Source: Dehalococcoidia bacterium (lineage in GTDB: Bacteria > Chloroflexota > Dehalococcoidia > Lucifugimonadales > Australimonadaceae). From it: 64,000 bases of DNA. Location of the stretch: positions 2,813,096-2,877,095 of the forward strand of contig CBDHDB010000002.1 in NCBI GenBank assembly GCA_965261385.1. The letters run 5' to 3'. Below are positions 27,586 to 37,639 of this stretch, in pieces. The notes under the pieces were generated by a model. The model did no database searches, was not told the origin of the DNA, and saw nothing but the letters and a program-made list of their open reading frames with translations. Within the stretch, counting starts at the first letter, position 1, and each line of letters starts with the position of its first letter. The translations under genes and the position numbers were made by a program.

Positions 27586-28649
27586 CCAAGGCCTACCTGG
27601 TCCTAAGCGACGGCGCGATCTACGAGGGGCGCTCCTTCGGCGCGGAAACCTCCGCGTTCGGGGAGGTCGTGTTCAACACGAGCATGTTCGGCTACCAGGA
27701 GATGCTCACCGACCCGTCGTACGCGGGCCAAATCGTCGTTCCGACATACCCGCTCCAAGGCAACTACGGCATCAATGACACGGTCGCGGAGTCGCGCCAG
27801 ATACAAGTCGCTGCGTTCGTCGTGCGAGAGCACTCGTCGACTCCCAGCCACTACGACTCGACGCGCACCATGCACGAGTACCTCGCGGAGGCCGGCGTCC
27901 CCGGCGTCTGGGGCGTGGACACGCGGGCGATCACGCGGCGCATCCGCTCCTCTGGCGTGATGATGGGAGCGGTCGCTATTGGAAATCCCCAGGACGCGCT
28001 GCGGGAGCTGACCTCCCGCCCGGCGTACGACACGGTCAATTTCGTCGAGCGCGTCACGGTCGGCGCCGGGTACGAATGGAGCGGCGAAGGCGACAAGCGC
28101 GTGGCGGTCGTGGACTGCGGGGTGAAATACAACATCCTGCGTCTGCTCGCTCAGCGCGGCTGCCAGGTGCGCGTGTTCCCCGCGGCGGCGACCGCCGAGG
28201 AAGTGCTGGCGGGCAGGCCCGACGGCGTGGTCTTCTCCCCCGGCCCCGGCGACCCGGTCCACAACGGCCCGACCGTCGCAACGGCCAAGACAATCATCGA
28301 GCGCATCCCGACGCTCGGCATCTGCCTCGGGCACCAGATCATAGCCAGGGCGCTGGGCGGCGACACGTACAAGCTGAAGTTCGGCCATCGCGGCGGGAAC
28401 CATCCTGTGCAGGACCTGGCCACCGGGCGGGTCTACATCACCGCGCAGAACCACGGCTACGCGGTGTCCGACGGCGGGTTGCCCGATGACATCGTCGTCA
28501 CGCACCGGAACCTGAACGACGGCACCATCGAGGGCCTGCGCCACCGCAACCGTCCAGTACTGACAATCCAGTACCACTCGGAGGCGTCCCCGGGGCCGTT
28601 GGACAACGAGTACATCTTCGACGAGTTCGTGGGGATGGTACGCGGGTGA
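27582..28649 (+). CDS. carA: carbamoyl-phosphate synthase small (glutaminase) subunit
   Basis: 355 aa with the GATase triad region GICLGHQ and the pattern HRGGNHPV...HGY. Confidence 0.95.
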   Translation: MTKAYLVLSDGAIYEGRSFGAETSAFGEVVFNTSMFGYQEMLTDPSYAGQIVVPTYPLQGNYGINDTVAESRQIQVAAFVVREHSSTPSHYDSTRTMHEYLAEAGVPGVWGVDTRAITRRIRSSGVMMGAVAIGNPQDALRELTSRPAYDTVNFVERVTVGAGYEWSGEGDKRVAVVDCGVKYNILRLLAQRGCQVRVFPAAATAEEVLAGRPDGVVFSPGPGDPVHNGPTVATAKTIIERIPTLGICLGHQIIARALGGDTYKLKFGHRGGNHPVQDLATGRVYITAQNHGYAVSDGGLPDDIVVTHRNLNDGTIEGLRHRNRPVLTIQYHSEASPGPLDNEYIFDEFVGMVRG

Positions 28650-28712
28650 TGCTTGAAAGCGATGTGCTATAGTGATGTGCGTTCACTGCACATTTCTGAC
28701 GAGGTGAATAAG

Positions 28713-28976
28713 ATGCGTACGACGCTCGATATAGACGAGAGGCTCCTCGGGGATGTGATCCGCGCGGTGGGGGTGAAGGGCAAGAGCAAGGCGGTGGAGG
28801 AAGCCTTGCGTATGTACCTCCGGTCGTGGGCCGCCAAGAAGCTCATCGAGGCTGTCGGCACGATTGATCTCACCGAGAACATGGAGGAGTTCAGGCGCGC
28901 CGACTCCCTTAGAGAAGAGAAACTCGACCGGATGAGAAGGGGAGCCACAGAGCAGAACCCTGTTCGTGCTAGGTGA
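28713..28976 (+). CDS. vapB: type II antitoxin VapB-like
   Basis: MRTTLDIDERLL start preceded by GAGGTGA. Overlaps the PIN gene by 4 nt. Confidence 0.7.
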   Translation: MRTTLDIDERLLGDVIRAVGVKGKSKAVEEALRMYLRSWAAKKLIEAVGTIDLTENMEEFRRADSLREEKLDRMRRGATEQNPVRAR

Positions 28977-29374
28977 AGGACCCCATGATCCTCCCCGACA
29001 CCTCTGTCTGGATAGAATATTTTCGGCGACGCGAGTCTCCAACGCAGGTGGAACTCCGGCATCTCCTCGAACGGGATCAGGTAATTGTTGCCGGAGTCGT
29101 CCTCACCGAACTCCTGCGCGGAGCCCGCTCCGAGGGGGAGTTTGAATTTTTGACGCGAACCCTAGGCCTGCTTCCTCAGGCAGAGGTCTCCGAGGATACA
29201 TGGGTGCGATGCGGCGAGGTCTCTTACAGTCTAATGCGGCAGGGAACCACCATCGGGCTGGTCGACGCGCTGATTGCCGCTATGGCCCTCGACGGCGGGC
29301 ATGACGTCTACGCGCTCGATTCCGATTTTCATCTCATACCCGGCCTCCGCCTCCATCAGCCCACGAATTCATGA
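28973..29374 (+). CDS. vapC: PIN-domain toxin VapC
   Basis: ILPDTSVWIEYF (first acidic residue), ..TELLRG.. and a C-terminal D..F pattern. Its stop overlaps the carB ATG (ATGA). Confidence 0.85.
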   Translation: MKDPMILPDTSVWIEYFRRRESPTQVELRHLLERDQVIVAGVVLTELLRGARSEGEFEFLTRTLGLLPQAEVSEDTWVRCGEVSYSLMRQGTTIGLVDALIAAMALDGGHDVYALDSDFHLIPGLRLHQPTNS

Positions 29375-32300
29375 CATCTCCCGACCCTAAGCCCCAAAAA
29401 GTCCTGGTCATCGGAAGCGGGCCTATCGTCATCGGCCAGGCGGCCGAGTTCGACTACGCCGGCGCTCAGGCGTGCAAGTCGCTTCGCGAGGAGGGCATCA
29501 CCGTCGTTCTCGTCAACTCCAACCCCGCGACAATCATGACCGACGAGGAAATCGCGGACGCGGTCTACATCGAGCCGCTGACCGTCGACGTCATCGAGCG
29601 GATCATCGCCCGCGAAAGGCCGGACGGGCTGTTGCCAACGCTGGGGGGGCAGACCGGGCTGAATCTCGCCGTCGACCTCCACGAGGCCGGCGTGCTCGAC
29701 CGGCACAACGTGCGGCTGCTCGGCACGTCCATCGAGACCATCAAGACCGCGGAGGACCGTGAGCTGTTCCGCTCACTGCTGAACCGCCTGGGCGAGCCCG
29801 TGCCGCCCAGCGAGATAGCGAACTCGCTGGACGAGGCGATGGCCGTCGGCCACGACCTGGGGCTGCCGCTCGTCGTGCGTCCCGCGTACACTCTCGGCGG
29901 GACCGGGGGCGGCTTCGCCACGACCATGGAGGAGCTCGAACTGGTCGCGGCGAGCGGCCTTGCGGCGAGCCCCATCCGCCAGGTCCTAATCGAGCGCTCG
30001 GTGCGGGGCTGGCGCGAGGTCGAGTACGAGGTGATGCGCGATTCCGCGGATACGTGCATCACCATCTGCAACATGGAGAACCTGGACGCGATGGGCGTCC
30101 ACACGGGCGATAGCATCGTCATCGCGCCGAGCCAGACGCTATCCGATAAGGAGCACCAGATGCTCCGAACGGCGAGTATCCGCATCATCCGCGCTCTGGG
30201 CATCGAGGGGGGCTGCAACATCCAGTTTGGACTCTCACCGAGTCCGGTCGTCGGCGAATCGCTTCCCGGCGGCGCGCCTGAGCCGATGCAGTATTTCGTG
30301 ATCGAGGTGAACCCGCGGGTCAGCAGGTCGTCCGCACTCGCATCCAAGGCGACGGGGTACCCAATCGCGAGAGTGGCCTCCAAGATCGCGGTCGGACGCA
30401 GGCTCGACGAGATACCGAACGCCGTCACCCAGCGCACCAAGGCCGCTTTCGAGCCTGCGCTCGATTACTGCGTCATCAAGATTCCGCGCTGGCCGTTCGA
30501 CAAGTTCGCCACCGGCGACCGGGTCATCAGCACGCAGATGAAGGCGACGGGCGAGGTGATGGCGATCGACCGCGGGTTCGAGGCGGCGCTGCAAAAGGCC
30601 GTACGGTCGCTGGAGCTTGGCGGCAAGTCCCTGCTCTGGGAAGACCCGGAGTGGGCCGGCGACGGCATCGACACCCTGCCGCTGGAGCCAACCGACCTGC
30701 GCCTATGGGCGATGACGGCGGCCCTGCGCAGGGGCGTTGAAATCGACGCCCTCGCCAAGGCCGCGCAGGTCGAGCCGTGGTTCCTGCACGGCCTCAAACG
30801 CATCGTGGAGATGGAGGAGCGGCTGCGCTCCGAGGAGCTTTCGCGCGATCTCATGTGGGACGCCAAGCGGCTCGGCATGCCGGACGAAAGCATCGGGACC
30901 CTGACCGGCCGCACGCAGGAGCAGGTGCGGACGTTGCGGCATGAGTTCGATGTCAGGCCCGTCTACAAGATGGTGGACACCTGCGCCGCCGAGTTCGAGG
31001 CGGTTACGCCCTACTTCTACAGCACGTACGACCAGGAGAACGAGTCGAGTCCCTTGCCGGGCGAGAAGGCCATCGTCATTGGGAGCGGCCCAATCCGCAT
31101 AGGGCAAGGCATCGAATTCGACTACTGCTCCGTCCATGCGGCGTGGGCGCTGGACGGCGCGGGCGTCAGCTCAATCATGGTGAACTCGAACCCGGAGACC
31201 GTGTCCACTGACTTCGACACGAGCGACCGCCTGTACTTCGAGCCCCTCGACGATGAGAGCGTGCGGGACGTCATCGAGAACGAGAGCGTCGATGGGAAAT
31301 ATCCCCCCTCGGTCGTGCAGTTTGGCGGGCAGACCGCCATCAATCTCAGCCAGGCGATCAGCGCCGCAGGGCTGCCCATCCTCGGCTCATCGGCGGACGC
31401 CATCGACATCGCCTCCGACCGCGAGCGCTTCGGCCAGCTCATGGCGAGTCTTGGCGTGCCGCAGCCGCCCGGCTCCACCGCGACCTTCCTCGAAGAGGGT
31501 ATCGAGACGGCCACCAAGCTCGGTTTCCCGCTGGTTGTGAGGCCGAGCTATGTGCTGGGCGGGCGGGCGATGGAGATTGTCGACAACATCACCGAGTTCG
31601 TGCGCTATCTGAACCGCGCGTTCGAGGCGGCGCCCGGTCGGCCCATCCTCATCGATAAGTACTTCCAAGGCCGCGAGGTCGAGGTCGACGCCGTGGTGGA
31701 TGGCCAAGAGGTGCTGATCCCAGGAATCATGGAGCACATCGAGCGGGCGGGAGTGCATTCGGGCGACTCCATGGCCATCTACCCCGCCGACGGACTTTCC
31801 GACCACGAGCGCCAGACCATCGTCGACTACACCACGCGCATCGGCCTTGCCATAGGCGTCCGCGGACTGATGAATATCCAGTACGTAATCATGAACGAGA
31901 GCAAACCCTACGGCCTAACCGTCGCCGCCGACACCGGGCTATCGGCGGTCTACGTCATCGAGGTCAACCCGCGCTCCAGCCGGACGATCCCGTTCATCTC
32001 CAAGGTGACGGGCATCCCGATGGTGCAGATGGCGACGCACGTGATGCTGGGCCGGACGATCGCAGAACAGGGGTACGCCGGCGGACTGCAGCCCGACCCG
32101 CCGATGACCAGCGTGAAGGCGCCCGTGTTCTCGATGTCGAAGCTGACCGGCGTCGACACGTACCTGGGGCCCGAGATGAAATCGACGGGCGAGGTGATGG
32201 GCATCGACGTGGCGCCGCGTCCCGCAGTGGCGAAGGCGCTCATCGCCGCCGGGCTGATGCTCCCGCCGTCCGGCACGCTTCTCGTGACCATCGCCGACCG

Positions 32301-32700
32301 CGACAAGGCCGAGGCGGTCCCGTGGCTCAAGACGATGGGCAGCCTCGACTATCGCTTCTATGCGACGACGGGCACCGCCGCGCTGATGCGGGGGCTGGGC
32401 CTCGAGGTAACGGAAATCAACAAGGTCGGGGAGCCCGAGCCGAATGCCTACTCGGTGGTCGCCGACGGCACGGTCGATGCGGTCGTGAACACGATAGCCG
32501 AGGTTGCGCAAGCGATGCGGGACGGGTTCGAGATACGCCGGTCGGCGACGGAGCGCAGGATCCCCTGCTATACGTCGATGGACACGGCGAAGGCCGCCGT
32601 CGAGGCGCTGGCGCACGGCGGCTCCGAGTACCACGTCGCCCGCACCTCCGAGTACGTAGGCGGCGCCGCAAGAGCCGGCCTAGAGCAGCCTGTACAATGA
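29371..32700 (+). CDS. carB: carbamoyl-phosphate synthase large subunit
   Basis: 1109 aa with duplicated ATP-grasp halves and the conserved N-terminus VLVIGSGPIVIGQAAEFDYAG. Confidence 0.97.
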   Translation: MTSPDPKPQKVLVIGSGPIVIGQAAEFDYAGAQACKSLREEGITVVLVNSNPATIMTDEEIADAVYIEPLTVDVIERIIARERPDGLLPTLGGQTGLNLAVDLHEAGVLDRHNVRLLGTSIETIKTAEDRELFRSLLNRLGEPVPPSEIANSLDEAMAVGHDLGLPLVVRPAYTLGGTGGGFATTMEELELVAASGLAASPIRQVLIERSVRGWREVEYEVMRDSADTCITICNMENLDAMGVHTGDSIVIAPSQTLSDKEHQMLRTASIRIIRALGIEGGCNIQFGLSPSPVVGESLPGGAPEPMQYFVIEVNPRVSRSSALASKATGYPIARVASKIAVGRRLDEIPNAVTQRTKAAFEPALDYCVIKIPRWPFDKFATGDRVISTQMKATGEVMAIDRGFEAALQKAVRSLELGGKSLLWEDPEWAGDGIDTLPLEPTDLRLWAMTAALRRGVEIDALAKAAQVEPWFLHGLKRIVEMEERLRSEELSRDLMWDAKRLGMPDESIGTLTGRTQEQVRTLRHEFDVRPVYKMVDTCAAEFEAVTPYFYSTYDQENESSPLPGEKAIVIGSGPIRIGQGIEFDYCSVHAAWALDGAGVSSIMVNSNPETVSTDFDTSDRLYFEPLDDESVRDVIENESVDGKYPPSVVQFGGQTAINLSQAISAAGLPILGSSADAIDIASDRERFGQLMASLGVPQPPGSTATFLEEGIETATKLGFPLVVRPSYVLGGRAMEIVDNITEFVRYLNRAFEAAPGRPILIDKYFQGREVEVDAVVDGQEVLIPGIMEHIERAGVHSGDSMAIYPADGLSDHERQTIVDYTTRIGLAIGVRGLMNIQYVIMNESKPYGLTVAADTGLSAVYVIEVNPRSSRTIPFISKVTGIPMVQMATHVMLGRTIAEQGYAGGLQPDPPMTSVKAPVFSMSKLTGVDTYLGPEMKSTGEVMGIDVAPRPAVAKALIAAGLMLPPSGTLLVTIADRDKAEAVPWLKTMGSLDYRFYATTGTAALMRGLGLEVTEINKVGEPEPNAYSVVADGTVDAVVNTIAEVAQAMRDGFEIRRSATERRIPCYTSMDTAKAAVEALAHGGSEYHVARTSEYVGGAARAGLEQPVQ

Positions 32701-32734
32701 CGATGATTGCGCGGCGGAGAGCCGCGCGCGAGGT

Positions 32735-34285
32735 TTGATGGTCGAAGATTCACGAGAAACTCAGCAGCCGGAGGACGCCCCGCGTCCATCCCGGCGGCGG
32801 TCGCCGCGGCGGCCCGCCCCGGACGCCGAATCGCCAGACGCCCCGATTGCCGGGATACAACCGGAGAGCGAGCCTTCCAAGCCCCCTGCGCGCCGCCGCA
32901 GGACCACCCGGACGAGGACGGAAGCGTCGGCTGATGCGACGCCAGAGGCTGCCGCAGCGGCAGAATCCGGCGCAACGGCGGATGAGCAGCCAAGGCCGAC
33001 GCGCAGGAGGCGTCCTCGCAAGTCGCCTGCCGAGGCCGAGGCGACTTCGGCAGCCTCCGACGAGTCGGCGGCCCAAGCAGCGCCGCAGGCCGCGCCAGCC
33101 GCGGAGGCGGACGAGCAGCCAAGGCCAGCGCGCAGAAGGCGTCCCCGAAGACCGTCTACCGAAACCACTGGGGCGAGAGCGGAGGAGTCGCCGGCCCAAG
33201 CCGCTCCGCAGGCCGAGCCCACTGGAGAAGACTCCTCGCGGCGTCGGCGCGGACGTGGGCGCGAGGGTCGTCAGGCGGACGCTCCAGGCGCCACGGGAGT
33301 CTCGGCGTCCAGGGCGGAATCCTTCGAGGAAAGAGGCGAGCAATCGTCCCGCTCGGGACGCGGACGGCGCGGTCGCGGCGGACAGTCCGAGGCGGACTGG
33401 ACGGCGGTCGAGAAACCTCAGAAAGCCTTCATGCATCCGAGCGAGAAGGAATTCGCCGACCTCCTAGACTACTACCACATCAACTATCTCTACGAACCCC
33501 GGTCCTTCCCCCTACGCTGGGATGGAAACCGGGTCGTCGAGATGTTTACTCCCGACTTCTACCTGCCGGAGTACGACCAGTACTTCGAACTGACGACGAT
33601 GAAGCAAAGCCTGGTCACGCAGAAGAACCGGAAGCTTCGTCACGTCCGTGAGATGTACCCGGGGGTCAACGTCCAACTGCTTTACCGGCGCGACCTCATG
33701 CGCCTGATGGGCAAGTACGGATTCGGGCCGCTCTCCGAAGTCTCCGTCGAGGGCACGGAGCAGGTGTTGTTCGACGCGGAGCAAGTGCAGACGCGGGTGA
33801 GGGAGCTCGGCAAACAGGTGTCGCTGGACTACGCGGGCAAAGAGCCGGTGCTGGTCGGCGTGCTGCGCGGGGTGGTGGTCTTCATGGCCGACCTCATGCG
33901 AATGATCGACCTCCCGCTCCAGATCGAGTTCATGGAGATATCGCACTACGGCGAGCGTGAGGAGAGCATCGATATCATCAGGGACGTCATGACGGAGCTG
34001 AAGGGCCGCCACGTGCTCGTCGTCGAGGACATCGTCGACACCGGGCTGACCTTGCGCTACCTGCTGGAGCACTTGCAGGCGAAGGGCCCCGCCAGCCTCA
34101 AGGTCTGCACGCTCTTGGACAAGTCGGTGCGCAGGATGGCCGACATCCCTATCGAGTACGTGGGTTTCGAGGTCCCGGACGAATTCGTCATCGGGTACGG
34201 CCTCGACTACGGCGGCCGCTACCGAAACCTCCCGTACATTGGCGTGCTCCAGCCCGTCGAACCCAAGGCGGTCGCTCAGCGTTAG
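32735..34285 (+). CDS. hpt: hypoxanthine phosphoribosyltransferase fused to an Arg/Pro/Ala-rich disordered N-terminus and a PD-(D/E)xK-like middle domain
   Basis: The C-terminal roughly 180 aa have the HPRT motif VLVVEDIVDTGLT. The middle region has TPDFYLP...YFELTTMK. The N-terminal roughly 225 aa are low complexity with a 129-nt tandem duplication. Confidence 0.8.
   Translation: MMVEDSRETQQPEDAPRPSRRRSPRRPAPDAESPDAPIAGIQPESEPSKPPARRRRTTRTRTEASADATPEAAAAAESGATADEQPRPTRRRRPRKSPAEAEATSAASDESAAQAAPQAAPAAEADEQPRPARRRRPRRPSTETTGARAEESPAQAAPQAEPTGEDSSRRRRGRGREGRQADAPGATGVSASRAESFEERGEQSSRSGRGRRGRGGQSEADWTAVEKPQKAFMHPSEKEFADLLDYYHINYLYEPRSFPLRWDGNRVVEMFTPDFYLPEYDQYFELTTMKQSLVTQKNRKLRHVREMYPGVNVQLLYRRDLMRLMGKYGFGPLSEVSVEGTEQVLFDAEQVQTRVRELGKQVSLDYAGKEPVLVGVLRGVVVFMADLMRMIDLPLQIEFMEISHYGEREESIDIIRDVMTELKGRHVLVVEDIVDTGLTLRYLLEHLQAKGPASLKVCTLLDKSVRRMADIPIEYVGFEVPDEFVIGYGLDYGGRYRNLPYIGVLQPVEPKAVAQR
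32978..33220 (+). repeat. Tandem duplication (about 129-nt unit, about 1.9 copies) within the hpt-fusion N-terminus
   Basis: ADEQPRPTRRRRPRK...AAQAAPQA is repeated as ADEQPRPARRRRPRR...PAQAAPQA. Confidence 0.7.
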
Positions 34286-34365
34286 CGCGCCGGGGGCGGG
34301 GCGTTTGTGCGTTCCGCCCAATATGATGTACCCTCGCGCGAAAGACTGTGGAGGAGAGAGTAGCT

Positions 34366-35520
34366 ATGGTCATGCAAGGCACCGACATGAAGGTCGCCGA
34401 GACCCCAACCGGCGATCTCGAGGACTTCCGAGTCCCCGACGCTTACGAGAACTGGCTGGAGAGCGAAGGGGTGATGGTCCACAAGACCTTCTACGTCCCC
34501 AACTGGAACGAGGTCGAGGTCGGCCCGTGGGAGCGCAAGGGCGGCTCCGGCGCCGTCATCCACATCGACAACGCGCATATGCCGAACGACCTCCACGTCG
34601 TGGACATCAAGCCGGGCGGCGTCTCCGAGCCCGAGCACCACATGTACGAGATCAACTTCTACATCGTCCAGGGCCGGGGGGCCACTACCGTGTGGATGGA
34701 CGAGAACAGCAAGCAGACGTTCGAGTGGAAGGCCGGCTCCCTCTTCACCATCCCGCTCAACGCCTGGTACCAGCACTTCAACGGCTCCGGCGACGAGAAG
34801 GTGCGCTACATGGCGACGACCAACGCGCCGCCGATGATGCGTCTCTTCCGCGACACGGACTTCATGTTCAACAACGACTTCCAGTTCCGCTCCCGCTACT
34901 CCGACGACGAGACCTACTTCAGCGGGAACGGCACGCTCTACAACAAGCGCATCTGGGAGACCAACTTCATCCCCAACGCGCCGGACATGGCGCTCTACGG
35001 ATGGAAGGAGCGCGGCGCGGGCGGCATCAACGCAATGCTCCAGATGGGCAAGAACGACATGGGGAACCACATCTCCGAGTTCCCCATCGGCACGTACAAG
35101 AAGGCCCACCGCCACGGGCCCGGCGCGCACCTCTTCCTGCTCAGCGGCGACTCCGGCTTCTCGCTGCTGTGGACGAAGGACGACCGCTCCGACATGGTGA
35201 AGTGCGACTGGCAGGTCGGCTCCATCGTTGTTGTTCCGAACGACGGCACGTACCACCAGCACTTCAACTCCGGCACGAAGCGGGCCCGGTACATGGCCCT
35301 GCGGGGCGGCAACGGCGGATTCTACGCCCCCAACCAGCGGCAGTCCGCCGATGTCAGCATCAAGGACGGCGGCATCCAAGTTGAGTACGAGGACGAGGCC
35401 CGCCAGATCCACGAGATCTTTGAGGCAGAGCTCGCCAAGAGCGGCGCGCAGTGCAACATGAAGGCGTTCATCCCTTACTGCACCGGCAACGCAGGAGTCC
35501 TCGACGAGCGCGCCACCTAG
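34366..35520 (+). CDS. bicupin protein (gentisate 1,2-dioxygenase-like)
   Basis: Two cupin-like halves. The ATG at 34366 is preceded by GGAGGAGAGAG. Confidence 0.7.
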   Translation: MVMQGTDMKVAETPTGDLEDFRVPDAYENWLESEGVMVHKTFYVPNWNEVEVGPWERKGGSGAVIHIDNAHMPNDLHVVDIKPGGVSEPEHHMYEINFYIVQGRGATTVWMDENSKQTFEWKAGSLFTIPLNAWYQHFNGSGDEKVRYMATTNAPPMMRLFRDTDFMFNNDFQFRSRYSDDETYFSGNGTLYNKRIWETNFIPNAPDMALYGWKERGAGGINAMLQMGKNDMGNHISEFPIGTYKKAHRHGPGAHLFLLSGDSGFSLLWTKDDRSDMVKCDWQVGSIVVVPNDGTYHQHFNSGTKRARYMALRGGNGGFYAPNQRQSADVSIKDGGIQVEYEDEARQIHEIFEAELAKSGAQCNMKAFIPYCTGNAGVLDERAT

Positions 35521-35553
35521 CCATAGACCGTCCCAACACGCGCAACCAACGAA

Positions 35554-35584
35554 GGGCGGGGGCCAAGGCCCCCGCCCTTTTCTT
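35554..35584 (+). terminator. Rho-independent terminator
   Basis: gggcggggg-ccaagg-cccccgccc followed by ttttcttt. Confidence 0.8.
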
Positions 35585-35736
35585 TACCCCATTGCGGCGA
35601 GGTCTGCGGGAAGGGCCGCGTGAGGAACGGCCTGAGTTCACCGCATTACCTGAGCCACGGACAAGCGGAAAGACGTGAATGGGAGAGGGACAGCGGGGCA
35701 GGAATAGAGAAGAGCGTAGGCGCCCGAAGGGGAGCG

Positions 35737-35937
35737 TCACCCAGCGACGTAGAGTCCAATCATTGTGGCCATCAACGTCACCCATGAGCCGCCTATGAAG
35801 AGGTACAGGGTGCGTATCTCGCGGTGCAGGTCGCTGACGGATTGGGCCAATCCCCCCAACCGCTCATTGACCTGCTCGTAGGCGCCTTCAAGCCTGCTGA
35901 CGCGGGTTTCTATTGGAAGTGAGGCTTGCGTCGTCAT
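35737..35937 (-). CDS. small coiled-coil/transmembrane protein
   Basis: 66 aa: an amphipathic N-terminal half followed by one transmembrane helix. No family was recognised. Confidence 0.4.
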   Translation of the reverse strand: MTTQASLPIETRVSRLEGAYEQVNERLGGLAQSVSDLHREIRTLYLFIGGSWVTLMATMIGLYVAG

Positions 35938-36059
35938 CGGAACTCCCTACTCGTTAACTTAGCACACCCGCCTGGCGACCCGGGCTTGCCAAGAGCCAGA
36001 CTAGAAGCCCGCGCGATAAATGCACAATGGGCAAGTGACACCGCGCTCGCCAACGCAAC

Positions 36060-36926
36060 TCAACCCCGGATTGCGCGGAGGGCTTGGGCGGCGGCGGCGT
36101 AGTCGCGGGCGCCGGTCTTGAGAATCGGCGGGACGAGGTAGACGCCTCGGACGCCGCCGGCGATGAAATCGGCGAGCATCTCTGCTGCAATGTCGGCGGC
36201 AGGGCGGCCCTTCTCAAGGTCGGAGCGCACGCCGTCCGGGACGTTCCCGAAGACGAGTCCGTCGGCGGTGAGAACTTGGAGTCCCCAAAAGACGGGCACG
36301 GGCATGGGCCCACCGGCAATCGACTCGTAGAGGTCGAGGAAGCGCTCGCGCTCGTCCAACGAGTAGATGGGCTGGGTCATCAGGAACTGGACTCCCGCCT
36401 CCACCTTTGCCGCCGCGAGCTTGGCCTCTCGCTCGAAGTCCTTCTCCAAGTCCGCCGCGCCGCCGATACAGAGGTCGGCCGGGCCTTGGAGATTCGCTCC
36501 TCGGTAGTCCACTCCTGCCTTCAGCGCCGCCACGTCCCTTATCAGCGCGGTGGAGGCGGTGTCGCGCACCTGCTTGACGCCGTGCCGCAGCTCGCGCTCG
36601 ATGAGGTTGTCGCCGCCGAGGACGAGGACATTCTCCAGGCCGAGCATCGCCGCGCCCAGCAGCTGGGATTGCAAAGCGATCTTGTTCATGTCGCGGGGTG
36701 AGAGGGCGAAGATGGTCTGCTTGCCCAAGCGCTGCCGGATGACGCTCGCGACGGTGATGGAGTCGGCGCGCGGGAGGCGGCCGGGGTTGTAGGCGACCGA
36801 GATGAAGTCGGCGGGCACGCCGGCGACGCGGTCGACGAAGGCCGGATCCGCGGAGCGCGGCGGCGAGAAGTCGCAGATTACGACAGACCCCTCAGCCTGG
36901 TTGTAGGCGTCGACGACGGTGGTCAT
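36060..36926 (-). CDS. methylenetetrahydrofolate reductase family protein
   Basis: 288 aa from the ATG at 36926. A TIM-barrel MetF-like pattern was recognised by eye. Confidence 0.65.
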   Translation of the reverse strand: MTTVVDAYNQAEGSVVICDFSPPRSADPAFVDRVAGVPADFISVAYNPGRLPRADSITVASVIRQRLGKQTIFALSPRDMNKIALQSQLLGAAMLGLENVLVLGGDNLIERELRHGVKQVRDTASTALIRDVAALKAGVDYRGANLQGPADLCIGGAADLEKDFEREAKLAAAKVEAGVQFLMTQPIYSLDERERFLDLYESIAGGPMPVPVFWGLQVLTADGLVFGNVPDGVRSDLEKGRPAADIAAEMLADFIAGGVRGVYLVPPILKTGARDYAAAAQALRAIRG

Positions 36927-37639
36927 GGCGCGCTCGCCCTCATCCCCCCGCCAGCCCGTCGCGCAGAGGGCCGGCCCGTCGCGCAGAGGTCGGCGAGCAC
37001 GCACGACGCGCATCGCGGCTCACGCTTCACGCACACCTCCTTGGCGTGGGCGTCGAGGAGCGCATGGTACTCGTTGTACAGCTGAGCATCGCGGGGGAGG
37101 TTTTGCTCGAAAAGCGCCTTGTAGGCGTCGTAGCCCCTCAGGACACGGCGCGGCGTCATGCGGTCGATGATGCGCTGGGTGTAGACGTCGATCACGAAGG
37201 ACGGGAGGCCCGCCGCGTAGAGAACGATGTCGTCCGCAGTCTCCGGCCCTATACCGTGGACGGCAAGCAGTTCGGCGCGCAGCCGATGGGGGTCCATGCG
37301 GCGCCACTCCTCGACGCTGTCGCCGTAGCGCCCAAGGAACTCGGCCATAGCCTTGAGCTTGCGGGCCTTGGCGTTGAAATAGCCGCTGGGCCGGACCGTC
37401 TCGGCGAGCTCGGGCTCCGGCGCGGCGCGCAGGGCCGACGCGGACATGAGCCCCGCCGCGCGGAGGTTGGCGATGGCTCGCGCGGCGTTCGTCCACGCCG
37501 TGTTCTGGGTGAGTATCGCACCGACGATCGTCTCGAACGGGCCGTCGCCGGGCCACCAACCCTGGGGGCCGTAGTGGTCGAAGAGCCGCCGGTACACCTC
37601 GCCGAGCAGCTGCTCCGCGCGCGCGGAGCGGGGCGTCAT
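36923..37639 (-). CDS. endonuclease III-like HhH-GPD base-excision DNA glycosylase
   Basis: HhH motif LLAVHGIGPETADDI and a C-terminal 4Fe-4S cluster loop, CVKREPRCASCVLADLC. Confidence 0.8.
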   Translation of the reverse strand: MTPRSARAEQLLGEVYRRLFDHYGPQGWWPGDGPFETIVGAILTQNTAWTNAARAIANLRAAGLMSASALRAAPEPELAETVRPSGYFNAKARKLKAMAEFLGRYGDSVEEWRRMDPHRLRAELLAVHGIGPETADDIVLYAAGLPSFVIDVYTQRIIDRMTPRRVLRGYDAYKALFEQNLPRDAQLYNEYHALLDAHAKEVCVKREPRCASCVLADLCATGRPSARRAGGGMRASAP

